A DNA stretch of 64,000 nucleotides from a virus (IMGVR_UViG_3300021964_000018:64001-128000), one strand, 5' to 3'; shown: positions 1 to 11,313, counted from the stretch's first letter. The notes: generated by a model from the letters alone, not told the origin. A program made the numbers and translations.

Positions 1-2
1 CT

Positions 3-3000
3 GCCGGTACTGCGCTCTCCGGAGGTGGATCTTCTGGTGGTGTAACTGTCAACTTAGATTTGAGTGAATTGTCTGCTGTTACCCCTACTTTATTAGATAG
101 TTTAGCAACCCTCGATTCAGATGGCTCAACTCAACAAAGGACTACAATATCTAATTTGGCAGCAATTCAAGCAGGTTCAGGTATAGGTTCTGATTCTGGG
201 CAATTGACAGCTGACTTGAATAGTTTGTCAATAGGAACAATTGTAGGCGCTGATTCTATTGCTTTTATTGATGCAGATGACAATGTAACTAAAAAAGATA
301 CAATAGGAGACTTTTTAACAGCTGTTGCCGGGAACGGCATAAGTGTATCAAGTAATCAATTAGTAACAGATTTAAATGAATTATCAGATACCGCTATTAA
401 CACTGCAAATGATAGTATAATTTTCATTGACGCAAACGATAATGCGACAAAAAAAGACACAATCGCAGATTTTGTCTCTGGAATAGCTGGTTCTGGTCTT
501 TCAGCAAGTTCAGGACAATTGTCAGTAACAGGTTTAGATGTTTCTCAAGGTGGTACAAATTCAACTTCTTTTTCAGATAAATCTGTTATTATAACTCAAG
601 ATAGCGGCACAGATACTTTGATTGCTGAGCCTATGACGACAAACGGATCTCTTTTAATTGGAGGTACATCAGGTCCTGCTGCATCAACTTTAACTGCTGG
701 AACAAATATTTCTATAACTAATGCTGATGGTTCAATTACAATAACTGCATCTGGCGTTGCCCCAGGAGCTGCAGGAATTGATACACAAGTTCAATTTAAT
801 GATGGTGGCTCTGCATTAGGGACAGATTCTAATTTTACTTTTAATAAGGCAAATGACGCTTTGTCAGTAACAAATATTTCTGGTTCATTAACACAATTAA
901 CAGACGGTACTTCGTATCTTATTGCATCTGGGTCAACAACAATTACATCTCAGTCTAATGGTGCTATAAAAATAAGTTCTGTAAATAGTCAGTATAATGC
1001 CGGCGACGGTATAAGATTAGTCGGAGATACATTATTTGAAGCCGATCTTAAAGAAGGCGGAGGGCTAGAATTCAACATAACGCAAATTCAAGTTAATGAT
1101 TCTATTGTAGCTACACTAACAGGATCCGATTTCTCAGGCACGGTAAAGGCTCCTGCATTTTCCGGATCTTTAACTCAACTTGAGGATGGAACTTCTTATC
1201 TTATTGCAGGAGATAATGTAACAATTGTATCCGAATCTAATGGTTCAATTACTATTAATTCAATAATGAATTCAACAGAAATTGTAGCGGGTTCTGACAC
1301 ACAAGTTCAATTTAATGATGGGGGTTCATCTTTCGGTTCAGACGCTAATTTTACTTTTAATAAAACAACTGATACATTATCTGTTACAAATTTATCTAGT
1401 TCATTAACAAGATTGACGGATGGAACTTCTTATCTCGTTGCTGGTAATAATATAACAATTACAACTCAATCAAATGGATCAATCCTTTTTTCTTCGACTG
1501 ATACAAATACAGAGTATACAGCAGGTAATGGTTTAGACTTAATTGGAACAGAATTTTCGCTAGATCTTAAATCTAATGGAGGGCTTTTAATTGATTCGAC
1601 TGAATTATCAATAGATGATTCTGTTGTTGCAACATTAACAGGTTCACAATTTTCTGGTAATATTGGAGCGACCGGTTCAATTGAAGCAACGTCATTTTTT
1701 AGTGGTTCAATGTTTAAAGCACCTGTGCTAACCGGTTCATTGACTCAATTACATGATGGATCCTCTTATTTGATTGCAGGAAATAACATAACAATTACAT
1801 CCCAGTCAAATGGTTCAATTATTATTTCTTCACAAGATGATGATACATTATATACTGCGGGTACAGGCTTGATTTTAGACGCAGGTGAATTTTCAATAAA
1901 TGACTCTATTGTTGCAACATTAACAGGTTCACAATTTTCTGGAACTATTATAGCACCTTCATTTTCCGGATCTTTGACACACCTTGAAGATGGTACTTCT
2001 TATCTTATTGCTGGAACAGATATATCAATAACAACAGGATCAAATGGTGCTGTTACAATTTCATCAACTGGTGCCGGTGGCGGAGGATCAATTGATGTTG
2101 TATCAGGCTCAACATCAGTTTCTACAGTTTCAACACTTGCAGCATCTGACGGTTTCATCTTAAATGATGAAGGCAGTGGTAGGGCAGCATTAACCTCATC
2201 AATTGGTATATCAGAAGATGGCGATTACACAGATGGATTATTTACAGATTTTACACCACAAACACGTTTAGGCATTGCAATTGACCGATTTAATGAAATA
2301 CTTAAACTTCTTGCTCCTTCACCTGCACCTGCATTAGATGACATTGATGTAAATGTTGATGGAACTGATGCTTATCTTTCTTTTGGCGCCTCGAATGATT
2401 TAGGAGGCGAAGCAACTCCATATTATTCTGTTTCTACGACAGCAGGTTTTTCAGCAGTCGACGTTAATGAATTATATGAAACTGACGTAAGCAGCAATAA
2501 TTTAAGAGCAGCAATATTTGCAGGAGCAACAGAAATTGTTGGTGATCTTAATGAAGATGTTTCAGCTGATGGAGATAATTATCCTGCTAATTCTTTTGGT
2601 AATGCAGATCAAGGTGAACTAAGGTTAGAAATAAACGGATCAGTTATACACACAGTCGATCTTACTTCATTTACAGGCACAGGTGATCCAGGTAGCGGAA
2701 CCGCAGTTACAAATTCAACAGGTTCTTGCTTTACTAATTTTTCAACTGCAGCAGCAGGAACACTAGATAATGGAACAGCGTTTCCTAATTTTCAACACAG
2801 GACAGGTCGATATAAAGTAATTACATCGGATCAACGTCAAGGATGGAATTATCTTCGTGTACTGCACGTTTATGGAACAACAACAATTACAACAAATTAT
2901 GTTGAATGGGTTAACGATGCTGATTCCAATGCACTTGCAGCTGCTGATAATTCTTTAACATTTATAGGATCAGGATCATTACATCTGTCAGGAATTGAAT

Positions 3001-5774
3001 ATTTCACCAGTGGATCTGCTGAATATCTTGTTAAAGTTGATAATGCTTATCGAAATATTTATGATACAACTAACATCACTTTTACAACAGCTACCGGAGG
3101 ATCTTTAAATACTAGCCCGTCATTTTCAATTTCTGCTCAATCTAAACCAACAATAGACACAGGAGCAGGTGAAGATCATACAAAAGCTTTGCATATAACG
3201 GGATCCGCATCAATAACAGCAACTCAAATGTTAAGTGGTTCAATTACAGCTGGTGTTAGTGTAACTCATCCTCTTAAGTCAAATTTGTCAAACGCAGGCC
3301 AAGCATCCGACGAAGGTATCCTTATATATAACCGGTCTAATACTTCAACTGCGTTGGTCGAGACATTTAGAAGAGAAAATTATAGAATCATAAGTGGTGC
3401 TTATGATACGCAAGCTAGTCTAACAGACGCAGGAAATGTTTGGGATTCCACAACACATATGACAGCATCAAATGGTGGACATACAAACGGTCTCCAATTT
3501 TTTAATTCAAGATTGTATTCTCCAATCAATACGTTAAACAGTGGTGATTTTAGCACATTTTCAAATGGCCCTTCTGAAAACCCTGATTATTCAGGAGAAA
3601 CCGGGCAAAGAACATTTTATCGATGGTTTAGAAATGAAACCGGTTCTACGCAATATGATTTTACTGTTGCAATCAATGGATCTTCAACAACAATAGTAAA
3701 TGCAGCAACAGCATTAAATTCAGGCAGAATTAGAGTCTTTGTGAAATTTCCAAATAACGGAACACGAGAAACTGGTTGGTTAGATTTGGCAACAGAATTT
3801 GTTTTGGACAGTTATGCAGATAATGATGGCGCTCACACAGCAAATGGAGGGTTATCATTTGATTCTACACTCAATGCAACAAATTATGTCACACTAGGAA
3901 CTGCGGGTATTTTAGATGATGATTATATCGGTTTGAGAATTGAAGCAGATGCAAGTTGGACAGGTTACGTAAGTCAAATTACGGTTAGTTTTGGTGCTGG
4001 AACAGGCACAATAACAGCAATTCCTGACTTAGATGACATTGATTGTAACGACGACGGAACAGATTGCAATCTTTCTTTTGGTACTTCAAAGTCGATAACA
4101 GGATATACGAATTCATCCACAGCTGCAGGGTTTTCTGCAGTTGACTTAAATGGCTTATATCAAACTGCAACAAGTGGTAACAACCTAAGGCAGTCTGTAT
4201 TTCAATTAGATAGAATTGTTGAAGGTGATCTAAATGAAGATGTTTCAGCAGTATCACCTGATTATGTTGCTAATAGTTTCTCAGATGCAAACAGTGGGTC
4301 TTTAGCGCTCGAGGTTAATGGAAATACGGTGCACACTGTTGAAATAACAGGTTCCTATAATCTAGTTGGTTCTGGTGAACCTGGCAGTGGAACCGGGACT
4401 TCATTAAATGGAAACGGATCCGGATTTTTTGACCTGAGCGTATGGCGACCTGCTGAATACGACAATGGTGTTCCTTATTATTTAGAAAATTATAGAACAG
4501 GAAAGTTTAGAGTTCATACAGCTGACCAAAGAAACGGCTGGAATTATGCACGTGTGGTTCATAGTGGTTCTTGGGGCGCTCGAGCAACAAATTATGTTGA
4601 ATGGGTAAATGATAATAATGCTGATGCAATGAGTTCTGCAGGCGTAGAAATTACTTCCTTTGGTGATGATACATTTGCATATTCTTCAGGCGTTAAATTC
4701 TTTACATCGCCATCGGGAAGTATCTTATCAAGAATATCAAATATCTATAAAAATGTCTATTCAGATAGCTCGAGTGCAATTTCATTTATTAATCTTTCTA
4801 ATGCCACTGGCGCCCAAATTATTCAATCCGGATCTGGTTTATCATTAACAAAAACAACCGCAGCCTCAACAGACTCGTTGCAAACGCTAAATACGAACGC
4901 TGACTCTCAAAATGAATTATTGCACGTATCTGGCACAGTTAATTTTACACTTTCAAAATCTCTACCTGGTAGTTTTACAACTGCGTATAATTGTGCAGGC
5001 GGAATGAGATTTTTACATCCGTTTAAAACACAACTTGATTTATCAACACAAACAGCGACAGATCTTTTAGTATGGACTCCGTCAAATACATCATCAACAA
5101 ACTATAATGAATATTTTACAGATGAAACATATCGCCTGGTAAGTAGTTCATATGATTTACAGTCTGATATTACAGGTGGATCTTATGATTGGAATAGTCA
5201 ACGCTCAATAAATAATAATGCCACATACCCGGAACATGCCACTGGGTTGCTGGTTTATGACACATATATTATGTCACCGCTTAAAGGTGGCGCATCTGGA
5301 GATTTTAGAAATAATGACGATGGCGGTTCAATTGAAGGACCGGCTGGAAATCCAAACTATACGACTTTAACAAATGCAACAAGAGAATTTTATAGAGGGT
5401 TTTTAAATCCAACAACAAATGATTTGGCAAGAATTACAATAGTTATTTATGGTAGCGGAACGATCGTTCCTTTAACTACTTCTTTAGGTGCAAATGGAAA
5501 TGTGCACGTTGAATTAAAAATACCAGAAAAGACAGGCTTTTTAGATTTAGGTACAGCATCAGGAGGTTCAGGAAATATTTCAGATGGAGATGGTTGTCTT
5601 TTTGGAGATCCGGATTTTACAATAGATGCAGATGGCGCAACAAACGTTTGCACATTTAATGGGGTAACTGTAGATGGAACATCATCAGGCGCAGAATATT
5701 TTGTTATAAAGATATCTGCAGACGAAGACTGGACAGGATATATTGATCGTATATCAGTGACGTGGAGCGGCTAA
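3..5774 (+). CDS. Giant repeat-rich virion structural / tail-fibre-like protein (5'-truncated by window edge)
   Basis: Frame is open from position 3 (AGTALSGGG...). Ser/Thr/Gly-rich, with about 5 SGSLTxLxDG(T/S)SYLxA repeats, 2 DTQVQFNDGG repeats and a duplicated C-terminal module. Confidence 0.7.
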   Translation, partial: AGTALSGGGSSGGVTVNLDLSELSAVTPTLLDSLATLDSDGSTQQRTTISNLAAIQAGSGIGSDSGQLTADLNSLSIGTIVGADSIAFIDADDNVTKKDTIGDFLTAVAGNGISVSSNQLVTDLNELSDTAINTANDSIIFIDANDNATKKDTIADFVSGIAGSGLSASSGQLSVTGLDVSQGGTNSTSFSDKSVIITQDSGTDTLIAEPMTTNGSLLIGGTSGPAASTLTAGTNISITNADGSITITASGVAPGAAGIDTQVQFNDGGSALGTDSNFTFNKANDALSVTNISGSLTQLTDGTSYLIASGSTTITSQSNGAIKISSVNSQYNAGDGIRLVGDTLFEADLKEGGGLEFNITQIQVNDSIVATLTGSDFSGTVKAPAFSGSLTQLEDGTSYLIAGDNVTIVSESNGSITINSIMNSTEIVAGSDTQVQFNDGGSSFGSDANFTFNKTTDTLSVTNLSSSLTRLTDGTSYLVAGNNITITTQSNGSILFSSTDTNTEYTAGNGLDLIGTEFSLDLKSNGGLLIDSTELSIDDSVVATLTGSQFSGNIGATGSIEATSFFSGSMFKAPVLTGSLTQLHDGSSYLIAGNNITITSQSNGSIIISSQDDDTLYTAGTGLILDAGEFSINDSIVATLTGSQFSGTIIAPSFSGSLTHLEDGTSYLIAGTDISITTGSNGAVTISSTGAGGGGSIDVVSGSTSVSTVSTLAASDGFILNDEGSGRAALTSSIGISEDGDYTDGLFTDFTPQTRLGIAIDRFNEILKLLAPSPAPALDDIDVNVDGTDAYLSFGASNDLGGEATPYYSVSTTAGFSAVDVNELYETDVSSNNLRAAIFAGATEIVGDLNEDVSADGDNYPANSFGNADQGELRLEINGSVIHTVDLTSFTGTGDPGSGTAVTNSTGSCFTNFSTAAAGTLDNGTAFPNFQHRTGRYKVITSDQRQGWNYLRVLHVYGTTTITTNYVEWVNDADSNALAAADNSLTFIGSGSLHLSGIEYFTSGSAEYLVKVDNAYRNIYDTTNITFTTATGGSLNTSPSFSISAQSKPTIDTGAGEDHTKALHITGSASITATQMLSGSITAGVSVTHPLKSNLSNAGQASDEGILIYNRSNTSTALVETFRRENYRIISGAYDTQASLTDAGNVWDSTTHMTASNGGHTNGLQFFNSRLYSPINTLNSGDFSTFSNGPSENPDYSGETGQRTFYRWFRNETGSTQYDFTVAINGSSTTIVNAATALNSGRIRVFVKFPNNGTRETGWLDLATEFVLDSYADNDGAHTANGGLSFDSTLNATNYVTLGTAGILDDDYIGLRIEADASWTGYVSQITVSFGAGTGTITAIPDLDDIDCNDDGTDCNLSFGTSKSITGYTNSSTAAGFSAVDLNGLYQTATSGNNLRQSVFQLDRIVEGDLNEDVSAVSPDYVANSFSDANSGSLALEVNGNTVHTVEITGSYNLVGSGEPGSGTGTSLNGNGSGFFDLSVWRPAEYDNGVPYYLENYRTGKFRVHTADQRNGWNYARVVHSGSWGARATNYVEWVNDNNADAMSSAGVEITSFGDDTFAYSSGVKFFTSPSGSILSRISNIYKNVYSDSSSAISFINLSNATGAQIIQSGSGLSLTKTTAASTDSLQTLNTNADSQNELLHVSGTVNFTLSKSLPGSFTTAYNCAGGMRFLHPFKTQLDLSTQTATDLLVWTPSNTSSTNYNEYFTDETYRLVSSSYDLQSDITGGSYDWNSQRSINNNATYPEHATGLLVYDTYIMSPLKGGASGDFRNNDDGGSIEGPAGNPNYTTLTNATREFYRGFLNPTTNDLARITIVIYGSGTIVPLTTSLGANGNVHVELKIPEKTGFLDLGTASGGSGNISDGDGCLFGDPDFTIDADGATNVCTFNGVTVDGTSSGAEYFVIKISADEDWTGYIDRISVTWSG

Positions 5775-7309
5775 TGGCAGGAAAAACGAACACGTCAGCA
5801 ACATATTTTGCACAGAAAAAATTATTAGGAAAAGCACACACTTCTAATCTAAAAACAGATGGTGAAGAACTTATTGGTTCAAATATTCAATCTGCTACTT
5901 CACTTATTTTTGGTGAAGCAATTCCCGAAGATCCTGAAAGAACACTTTATCTTTTGCAAAGTGCATCAAATGGTGGACCGGCAACTGCTGAATATATCCA
6001 GTTTAATCTTAACGTTCTAACCGGTACAACTTATGACGCCAACAATACATCTCCTGACGGTGGCGCAGGATCTGACACAGGTGAAGACAGTCAAGTATCT
6101 GGTCCGCACGCCTATAAATTTAGAATCCCGTCAGATTACTCAAGCAATACATCAAATACTCGTGTAGGAAATGGATATTTTAATAATAGCAAATTAATAC
6201 ACGAAACGTTAGGTACGGTCCAATTAATCCCACCTTTCTTTTCACAAGCAGCTCCTAATCCCTATATCGTTAAAATCTATAAAGATGACGGTGGGGGAGG
6301 TGTAGGTGATGAAATTCCTCTTCTTGACAATATTGACTGGAATGTTGATTATTACAATGGAATTCTTTTTCTTCAAGATTACAAAGCAGATAAAATACCT
6401 GCTTTTGCAAGGGCTTTTGCCTATGTCGGTAAAATGGCAGAAGAAGTTATCTCTTCTGGGTCTGGAGGCTCCGGAGGCGGAGGAGGATCTGGAGATTCGG
6501 GCGCCGAATATGTTTTAACAACAGCAACAGGTTCTTTACCAAATGCCAAAGTCATAGAAGCAGGAACAGGAATTACAATCGTAACCGGTTCAAATTCAAT
6601 TACAATTTCATCAACTGCGGCATCAATCAACGGCAGAGAAAAAACAACTTATTTTGTAACAGCATCGCACTCTGCTAATTCTGATTTAGTTATTTCCGGA
6701 CTAGACTTTTCAACCGTACAATATGATTCGAATAAAATTGATATTAACCTAAACGGTCAATTACTACATACTGGATCTTCTTCTCAAGTAACAGCAGGTG
6801 AAAGAGACTATTACTTGTCTAATGCAGGAAGTATTGTCTTTGGATTCGATTTGGAAGCAGATGATATTGTTGATACGATTATTAGTGTTGTAGGCGGTGG
6901 TAGTGGAGGAGGTGCTGGTGAAACAGCAGCATCATATCTTGTCCTGTCAAATACAGGATCGTTGTCAAATGAACGAGCAATATCAATCGGTGCAGGATTA
7001 ACTGCAACAGATGGTGGCGCAAATGGCAATTATTCTATTGTTAACAATAACGGTAATTATGTTTTTAACGAGTATCTAGGGCAAGGAAATGGAACAAACA
7101 CTTTATTTACACTCGATAATACGCCAACAGCAAACAAAAACATTTCAATATACGTTAACGGACTTTTACAAATGCCTGCAACGGATATCACGTCAGCACC
7201 TTTTCAAGACTATTCAGTTACCGGATCAAATGTATATTTTACAACAGCATCCTTGCCTGATGCTGACACAATTATTATGGCAAATTATACAACAAACGAC
7301 GCAATTTAA
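5774..7309 (+). CDS. Virion structural protein (fibre/baseplate-associated)
   Basis: ATG overlaps the upstream TAA (TAATG). Gly-Ser linkers; NGQLL and YVNGLLQ Ig-like modules. Confidence 0.6.
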   Translation: MAGKTNTSATYFAQKKLLGKAHTSNLKTDGEELIGSNIQSATSLIFGEAIPEDPERTLYLLQSASNGGPATAEYIQFNLNVLTGTTYDANNTSPDGGAGSDTGEDSQVSGPHAYKFRIPSDYSSNTSNTRVGNGYFNNSKLIHETLGTVQLIPPFFSQAAPNPYIVKIYKDDGGGGVGDEIPLLDNIDWNVDYYNGILFLQDYKADKIPAFARAFAYVGKMAEEVISSGSGGSGGGGGSGDSGAEYVLTTATGSLPNAKVIEAGTGITIVTGSNSITISSTAASINGREKTTYFVTASHSANSDLVISGLDFSTVQYDSNKIDINLNGQLLHTGSSSQVTAGERDYYLSNAGSIVFGFDLEADDIVDTIISVVGGGSGGGAGETAASYLVLSNTGSLSNERAISIGAGLTATDGGANGNYSIVNNNGNYVFNEYLGQGNGTNTLFTLDNTPTANKNISIYVNGLLQMPATDITSAPFQDYSVTGSNVYFTTASLPDADTIIMANYTTNDAI

Positions 7310-7326
7310 GGACAAGTGAGATAATT

Positions 7327-7554
7327 ATGAATATGAACACATTTCAAACATCAGATATTGGCATAGCCGCGTATGTTATGATGAAAGGCCTTAAATTAAA
7401 ACAAGCGTCTCGAGGTCATAATGGAAGGTTTAGTTTTGAATTTTATGACCCGGACATTAAAGGCACACAGTATGCTGTTGATTATGTAAACTCAGAATCT
7501 GCAAAGTTTGATGCAAACATGAAGAACTTAAAAAATATTTTATATAAATCTTAA
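7327..7554 (+). CDS. Small DUF5659-like protein
   Basis: F-x-T-x-D-I-x-I-A-A-Y...G..L......GRF.F.F pattern recalled for this small phage family. Confidence 0.5.
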   Translation: MNMNTFQTSDIGIAAYVMMKGLKLKQASRGHNGRFSFEFYDPDIKGTQYAVDYVNSESAKFDANMKNLKNILYKS

Positions 7555-7682
7555 CATTGAGATAATTAGGATCATATATTAAAGTTATGTTTAAGATATA
7601 GAGTTTTTGTCCTGTTGTTGATCGTTTTTCATTTAGTTTAAGTATAGTTTTGTAAAACATAATTTAACAAAGGAGGAGTCAA

Positions 7683-9389
7683 ATGGCTTCAAGAACACAA
7701 ATAAGATTGGGTCAAATTACCGGTTCATTTGGTACAGGCGCAATCAACGACCAAATTGCAGCAGCTGCGACAGGTTCAATTGCAACAACAGATTTACAAG
7801 GTGTTTTATCACATCTTGCAGGTGCTATTAAGCGTATTCACGGTGAGGACAGTTTTACACAAAACGCTGCCGGTGAATTTGCAGTAACACTTAAACCTTC
7901 AACAGACGATGGAGCAGCTCTCGGTGGTGCTTCAAACAACTGGTCAGATCTTTTTCTTGCTGACGGTGCTGTTATTAATCTTGGTGATGATCAAGATGTA
8001 AAATTAACACATGTAGCTGATAAAGGTATACTTTTAACAGGTACAGGCTTGAATCAATTAGCTTTCAGAGATGCTGATCTTGTAATTAGTTCTTCTGCAG
8101 ACGGTACTTTAGATATTGAAGCTGATACTCAAATCAACATTGGTACTGATAGAAGTGGAATTGCTATTTCTCTTGGTCATGCAACTTCAGAAGTAACTGT
8201 TAATGATAATCTTACAGTAACTGGTGATTTAACTGTTAACGGTGCAACTACTACTTTAGACACAACCAACCTGCTTGTTGAAGATGTTGTAATTGCATTA
8301 GCATCAGGCGCTGCTTCTCAAAATCAAAATGGCGGTTTAGCAATTTTTTCAGGATCTTCTGATAGCGATTTGGTTTTTGGTCGAGTAGGTAACGATGTTT
8401 GGGGACTTGGTAAAAAAGCAACATTAAAAGGAACAGTAACAGATCTTTCTGACATGACACTGGTTAATGCACGTGCAGCTCGTTATGAAGTTGATGGAGC
8501 AAATGATTATTTAGATGTTGTTTCATCCGATCTCACAGCAGTTGCAGCTGCTAATTTTAAAGTAGATGCTGCTACTGACATTATTCTTGATGCTGACGGT
8601 GCAGATATTTTCTTTGATGACGGTGGTACACGTTTTGGTGGAATCAGCATGAATGCTGGTGCAAGCTACCTTATTGTATCATCATCTGCAGGTAATAATG
8701 TTGCTTTAGCTTCACAAGGTGGGCAGGTTTTTATTGGAGATAAAGATTTTAGCGGTTTAACTATTGCAGCTGATACAGCTAATCAACTTCAATTCATTGA
8801 TAGAGATGATAGATTAAGAATTAATCTTGAAAGTTCTGCAGGTAACGATAGAATCACATTGTCAGGTTCAGTTCAACTTGATAATGGTGCTGCAGCTGCT
8901 CAATTAGTTTTTGAAGAAGCGGCGGCAAATGGTTCTAATACTATTACGTTAGATATCCCAGCATCTGTAGGTACTTCATACACTATTACACTTCCAGCAT
9001 CAAACGGTTCAACTGGTCAAGTTCTCAAACTTGCTGACGGTAACGGTAATCTTGAATTTGGATCATCAGCATCTGGTGTTTCTAAAGTTCAAATGTCTGT
9101 TATTGCTCAATTGTCTTCCGGGTCAGCTCTTGATCCTAATTCTGTGACTGTGTCAAATACTGCTCCTTATACTCGTTCTGATCTAGATCTTTCTGGCATT
9201 GGCGGTTCTGACTTAGACAACCTTGTTGATGTCTATGTTAATGGTCAACTTCTTATCTCAGGTTCTGATGCGAACGTTGGTGCAGGAACAGCTGATTATC
9301 TTGTTTCAGCTCATTCAGCAACTTCACAGCTTAAGTTTGGTTTTGCTTTAGAGGTTGATGATACAGTAATCATTAATCAGAAAGGATAA
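7683..9389 (+). CDS. Virion structural / fibre protein
   Basis: Strong SD (AAGGAGGAG). VTGDLTVNGATTT beta-repeat; C-terminal VYVNGQLL...DY...FGFALE.DD module paralogous to one in 5774..7309. Confidence 0.65.
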   Translation: MASRTQIRLGQITGSFGTGAINDQIAAAATGSIATTDLQGVLSHLAGAIKRIHGEDSFTQNAAGEFAVTLKPSTDDGAALGGASNNWSDLFLADGAVINLGDDQDVKLTHVADKGILLTGTGLNQLAFRDADLVISSSADGTLDIEADTQINIGTDRSGIAISLGHATSEVTVNDNLTVTGDLTVNGATTTLDTTNLLVEDVVIALASGAASQNQNGGLAIFSGSSDSDLVFGRVGNDVWGLGKKATLKGTVTDLSDMTLVNARAARYEVDGANDYLDVVSSDLTAVAAANFKVDAATDIILDADGADIFFDDGGTRFGGISMNAGASYLIVSSSAGNNVALASQGGQVFIGDKDFSGLTIAADTANQLQFIDRDDRLRINLESSAGNDRITLSGSVQLDNGAAAAQLVFEEAAANGSNTITLDIPASVGTSYTITLPASNGSTGQVLKLADGNGNLEFGSSASGVSKVQMSVIAQLSSGSALDPNSVTVSNTAPYTRSDLDLSGIGGSDLDNLVDVYVNGQLLISGSDANVGAGTADYLVSAHSATSQLKFGFALEVDDTVIINQKG

Positions 9390-9416
9390 TTAATTTAAAT
9401 TACCGTTATAATTTAT

Positions 9417-9452
9417 ATCGCCTTAATGTATAATTAAGGCGATTTTTATTTT
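9417..9452 (+). terminator. Rho-independent terminator
   Basis: ATCGCCTTAAT-gtata-ATTAAGGCGAT followed by a T-run. Confidence 0.7.
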
Positions 9453-9463
9453 TGGAGGAATTA

Positions 9464-9754
9464 ATGCTAGAAAAAAATCACAATGATAATTCAAAACAAT
9501 TTATGCAAAAAGTTTTAATGTTTATAGACACTGTTTTAGTAAATGCTTCTTCATCAGATCAAGAAAACGTTAATAAAGTTTTAGTAGGCGGTTTGTTAAA
9601 TGTTAGAGATGCAATTTTTTCTGAAATTGTAAGAGATAATCAAGTTGCACAATTTAATCAATTTTTGCAGCAAAAAGAAGCTAAAAAAAACCAAGAGGAA
9701 GACCCAAAAAGTTTAAGTCAAGAAACCGAATCGGTGAACGACCAATCAGTATAA
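9464..9754 (+). CDS. Hypothetical protein
   Basis: GGAGG SD upstream of ATG 9464. Confidence 0.6.
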   Translation: MLEKNHNDNSKQFMQKVLMFIDTVLVNASSSDQENVNKVLVGGLLNVRDAIFSEIVRDNQVAQFNQFLQQKEAKKNQEEDPKSLSQETESVNDQSV

Positions 9755-9770
9755 AAAAGGTAAGAAATAA

Positions 9771-10019
9771 ATGTCTGTAACAACAGTAATAATTATTTAT
9801 CTTTGCTTTTGCTTAATGTATAGAAATAGACAACTAAGCCATATTTTTATTTTAAGATCATTACAAACGCTTAAGATAAGTAAATATAGGGATGACATTA
9901 GTCTTCGAATTGCAAAACACGAAAGAAGATTTAAATGGTTTCTCGTTTGGCCTCTAATTGACCTATATGAGTGGTATGAAGATTGGAAAACAGATAGAAA
10001 TAGAAACAATAAATCTTAA
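9771..10019 (+). CDS. Small hypothetical membrane protein
   Basis: Hydrophobic N-terminus; tiles between neighbouring ORFs. Confidence 0.45.
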   Translation: MSVTTVIIIYLCFCLMYRNRQLSHIFILRSLQTLKISKYRDDISLRIAKHERRFKWFLVWPLIDLYEWYEDWKTDRNRNNKS

Positions 10020-10698
10020 GCTCTTAACTGAACAATTAGATTTAGCTGAACAGCATTTAAAAGAAGGGACGGATGATTTACATTTCCGTCTTTCTCATTT
10101 TCGTAAGCGAGTTGCTGAAAAAGATATTGACAAATACGACCGGTATTTTTTTGGTGCAAAAATGGATGATATCCAAAGACAATTCGATAATCTTGAAAGG
10201 GAAATTGTTCCTTACGAAGAAAAAGAAGAATTACCTGTTTTATATGAAAAAAAAGACCGTTGGCTAAAATCAATCTACAGAAAAATTGTAGTTTCTACAC
10301 ACCCAGACAAATTTCAAAACTTTCCTGTTGAATCATTAAAAGAAAAATATCTTAATATCTATCGAAAAACAGTTGATGCATGGGCAAAAGGAGAAGACGA
10401 TAGATTATTGCTATCAGCTTATGAAACTGATATTAAAGTTGAGAATCCTAAAGCTTTACCTATTTTAAAACAAGGTAAAAGCAAAAAGAATAACCGATTA
10501 CAAGAAATCCAAAAATTGTTAGCATACCAGTGGTATCATATTCCTGTTGAAAATAGAAGTAAAACTCTTGAAAAATATCTTAAAAAACTAGGATATGAAT
10601 TTACAATAAAAGATGTAGAAAAAGTTGTTAATCTTGCAAGGAAAAGAAAAGTAGGCACTCGTCCAAAAAATTTAAGAAAGCTAAAAAATGTAAAATAA
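9976..10698 (+). CDS. Protein with internal J-domain-like (HPD) segment
   Basis: LKSIYRKIVVSTHPDKF matches J-domain helix II plus the HPD loop. Confidence 0.55.
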   Translation: MKIGKQIEIETINLKLLTEQLDLAEQHLKEGTDDLHFRLSHFRKRVAEKDIDKYDRYFFGAKMDDIQRQFDNLEREIVPYEEKEELPVLYEKKDRWLKSIYRKIVVSTHPDKFQNFPVESLKEKYLNIYRKTVDAWAKGEDDRLLLSAYETDIKVENPKALPILKQGKSKKNNRLQEIQKLLAYQWYHIPVENRSKTLEKYLKKLGYEFTIKDVEKVVNLARKRKVGTRPKNLRKLKNVK

Positions 10699-10716
10699 AA
10701 AATTACTCTTTATAAT
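10689..10716 (+). promoter_or_regulatory. TGTAAA-N16-TATAAT promoter
   Basis: Recurring motif; followed by an AAGGAG SD. Confidence 0.65.
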
Positions 10717-10734
10717 AATAATAAAGGAGTAAGA

Positions 10735-11313
10735 ATGAACATATTTGTACTTGATAAAGATCCGATCAAGGCAGCAGAATATCATTGTAATAAACATGTT
10801 GTAAAAATGATATTAGAAGCAGGTCAAATGTTATGTGCAGCACACTGGTTGCATCTTTTTAAAAACTATTATAAGGGTGAAATAACTGATTTTAAACGTG
10901 TTAAAGACCTTAAGGCTTGGCTGTCTGATGATGCGAATACACACCCACTTGAACGACCTGCGTGGAGCTTAACGCATATGCGACATCCATGCACAATTTG
11001 GACTAATGAGTCATATGATAACTATATGTGGCACTGGCGATTAGGTGTTGCTCTATGTCATGAATACACAAAAAGATATAAGCGTGTACATAAAGCAGAA
11101 CCGGTTTTTCATTGGTTAGGGCAAAACAAGCCTCGCTTTATGCAAAACAAAGGATTAACACCATTCGCAATATGCATGAAAGATGAATACAAAGTAGGTA
11201 ATGATCCAGTTGCCAGTTATAGAAAATACTACATCAAAGATAAAGTTCGGTTCGCAAAGTGGGAACCACATTCAATAACACCAAAATGGTATAAGGAGAT
11301 GTTAAATGCCTGA
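10735..11313 (+). CDS. Pyrimidine-dimer DNA glycosylase / endonuclease V family
   Basis: MNIFVLD...HCNKHVVKMILE.GQML...H..HPCTIW...EYT.RY...H...Y..YY motifs. Confidence 0.8.
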   Translation: MNIFVLDKDPIKAAEYHCNKHVVKMILEAGQMLCAAHWLHLFKNYYKGEITDFKRVKDLKAWLSDDANTHPLERPAWSLTHMRHPCTIWTNESYDNYMWHWRLGVALCHEYTKRYKRVHKAEPVFHWLGQNKPRFMQNKGLTPFAICMKDEYKVGNDPVASYRKYYIKDKVRFAKWEPHSITPKWYKEMLNA

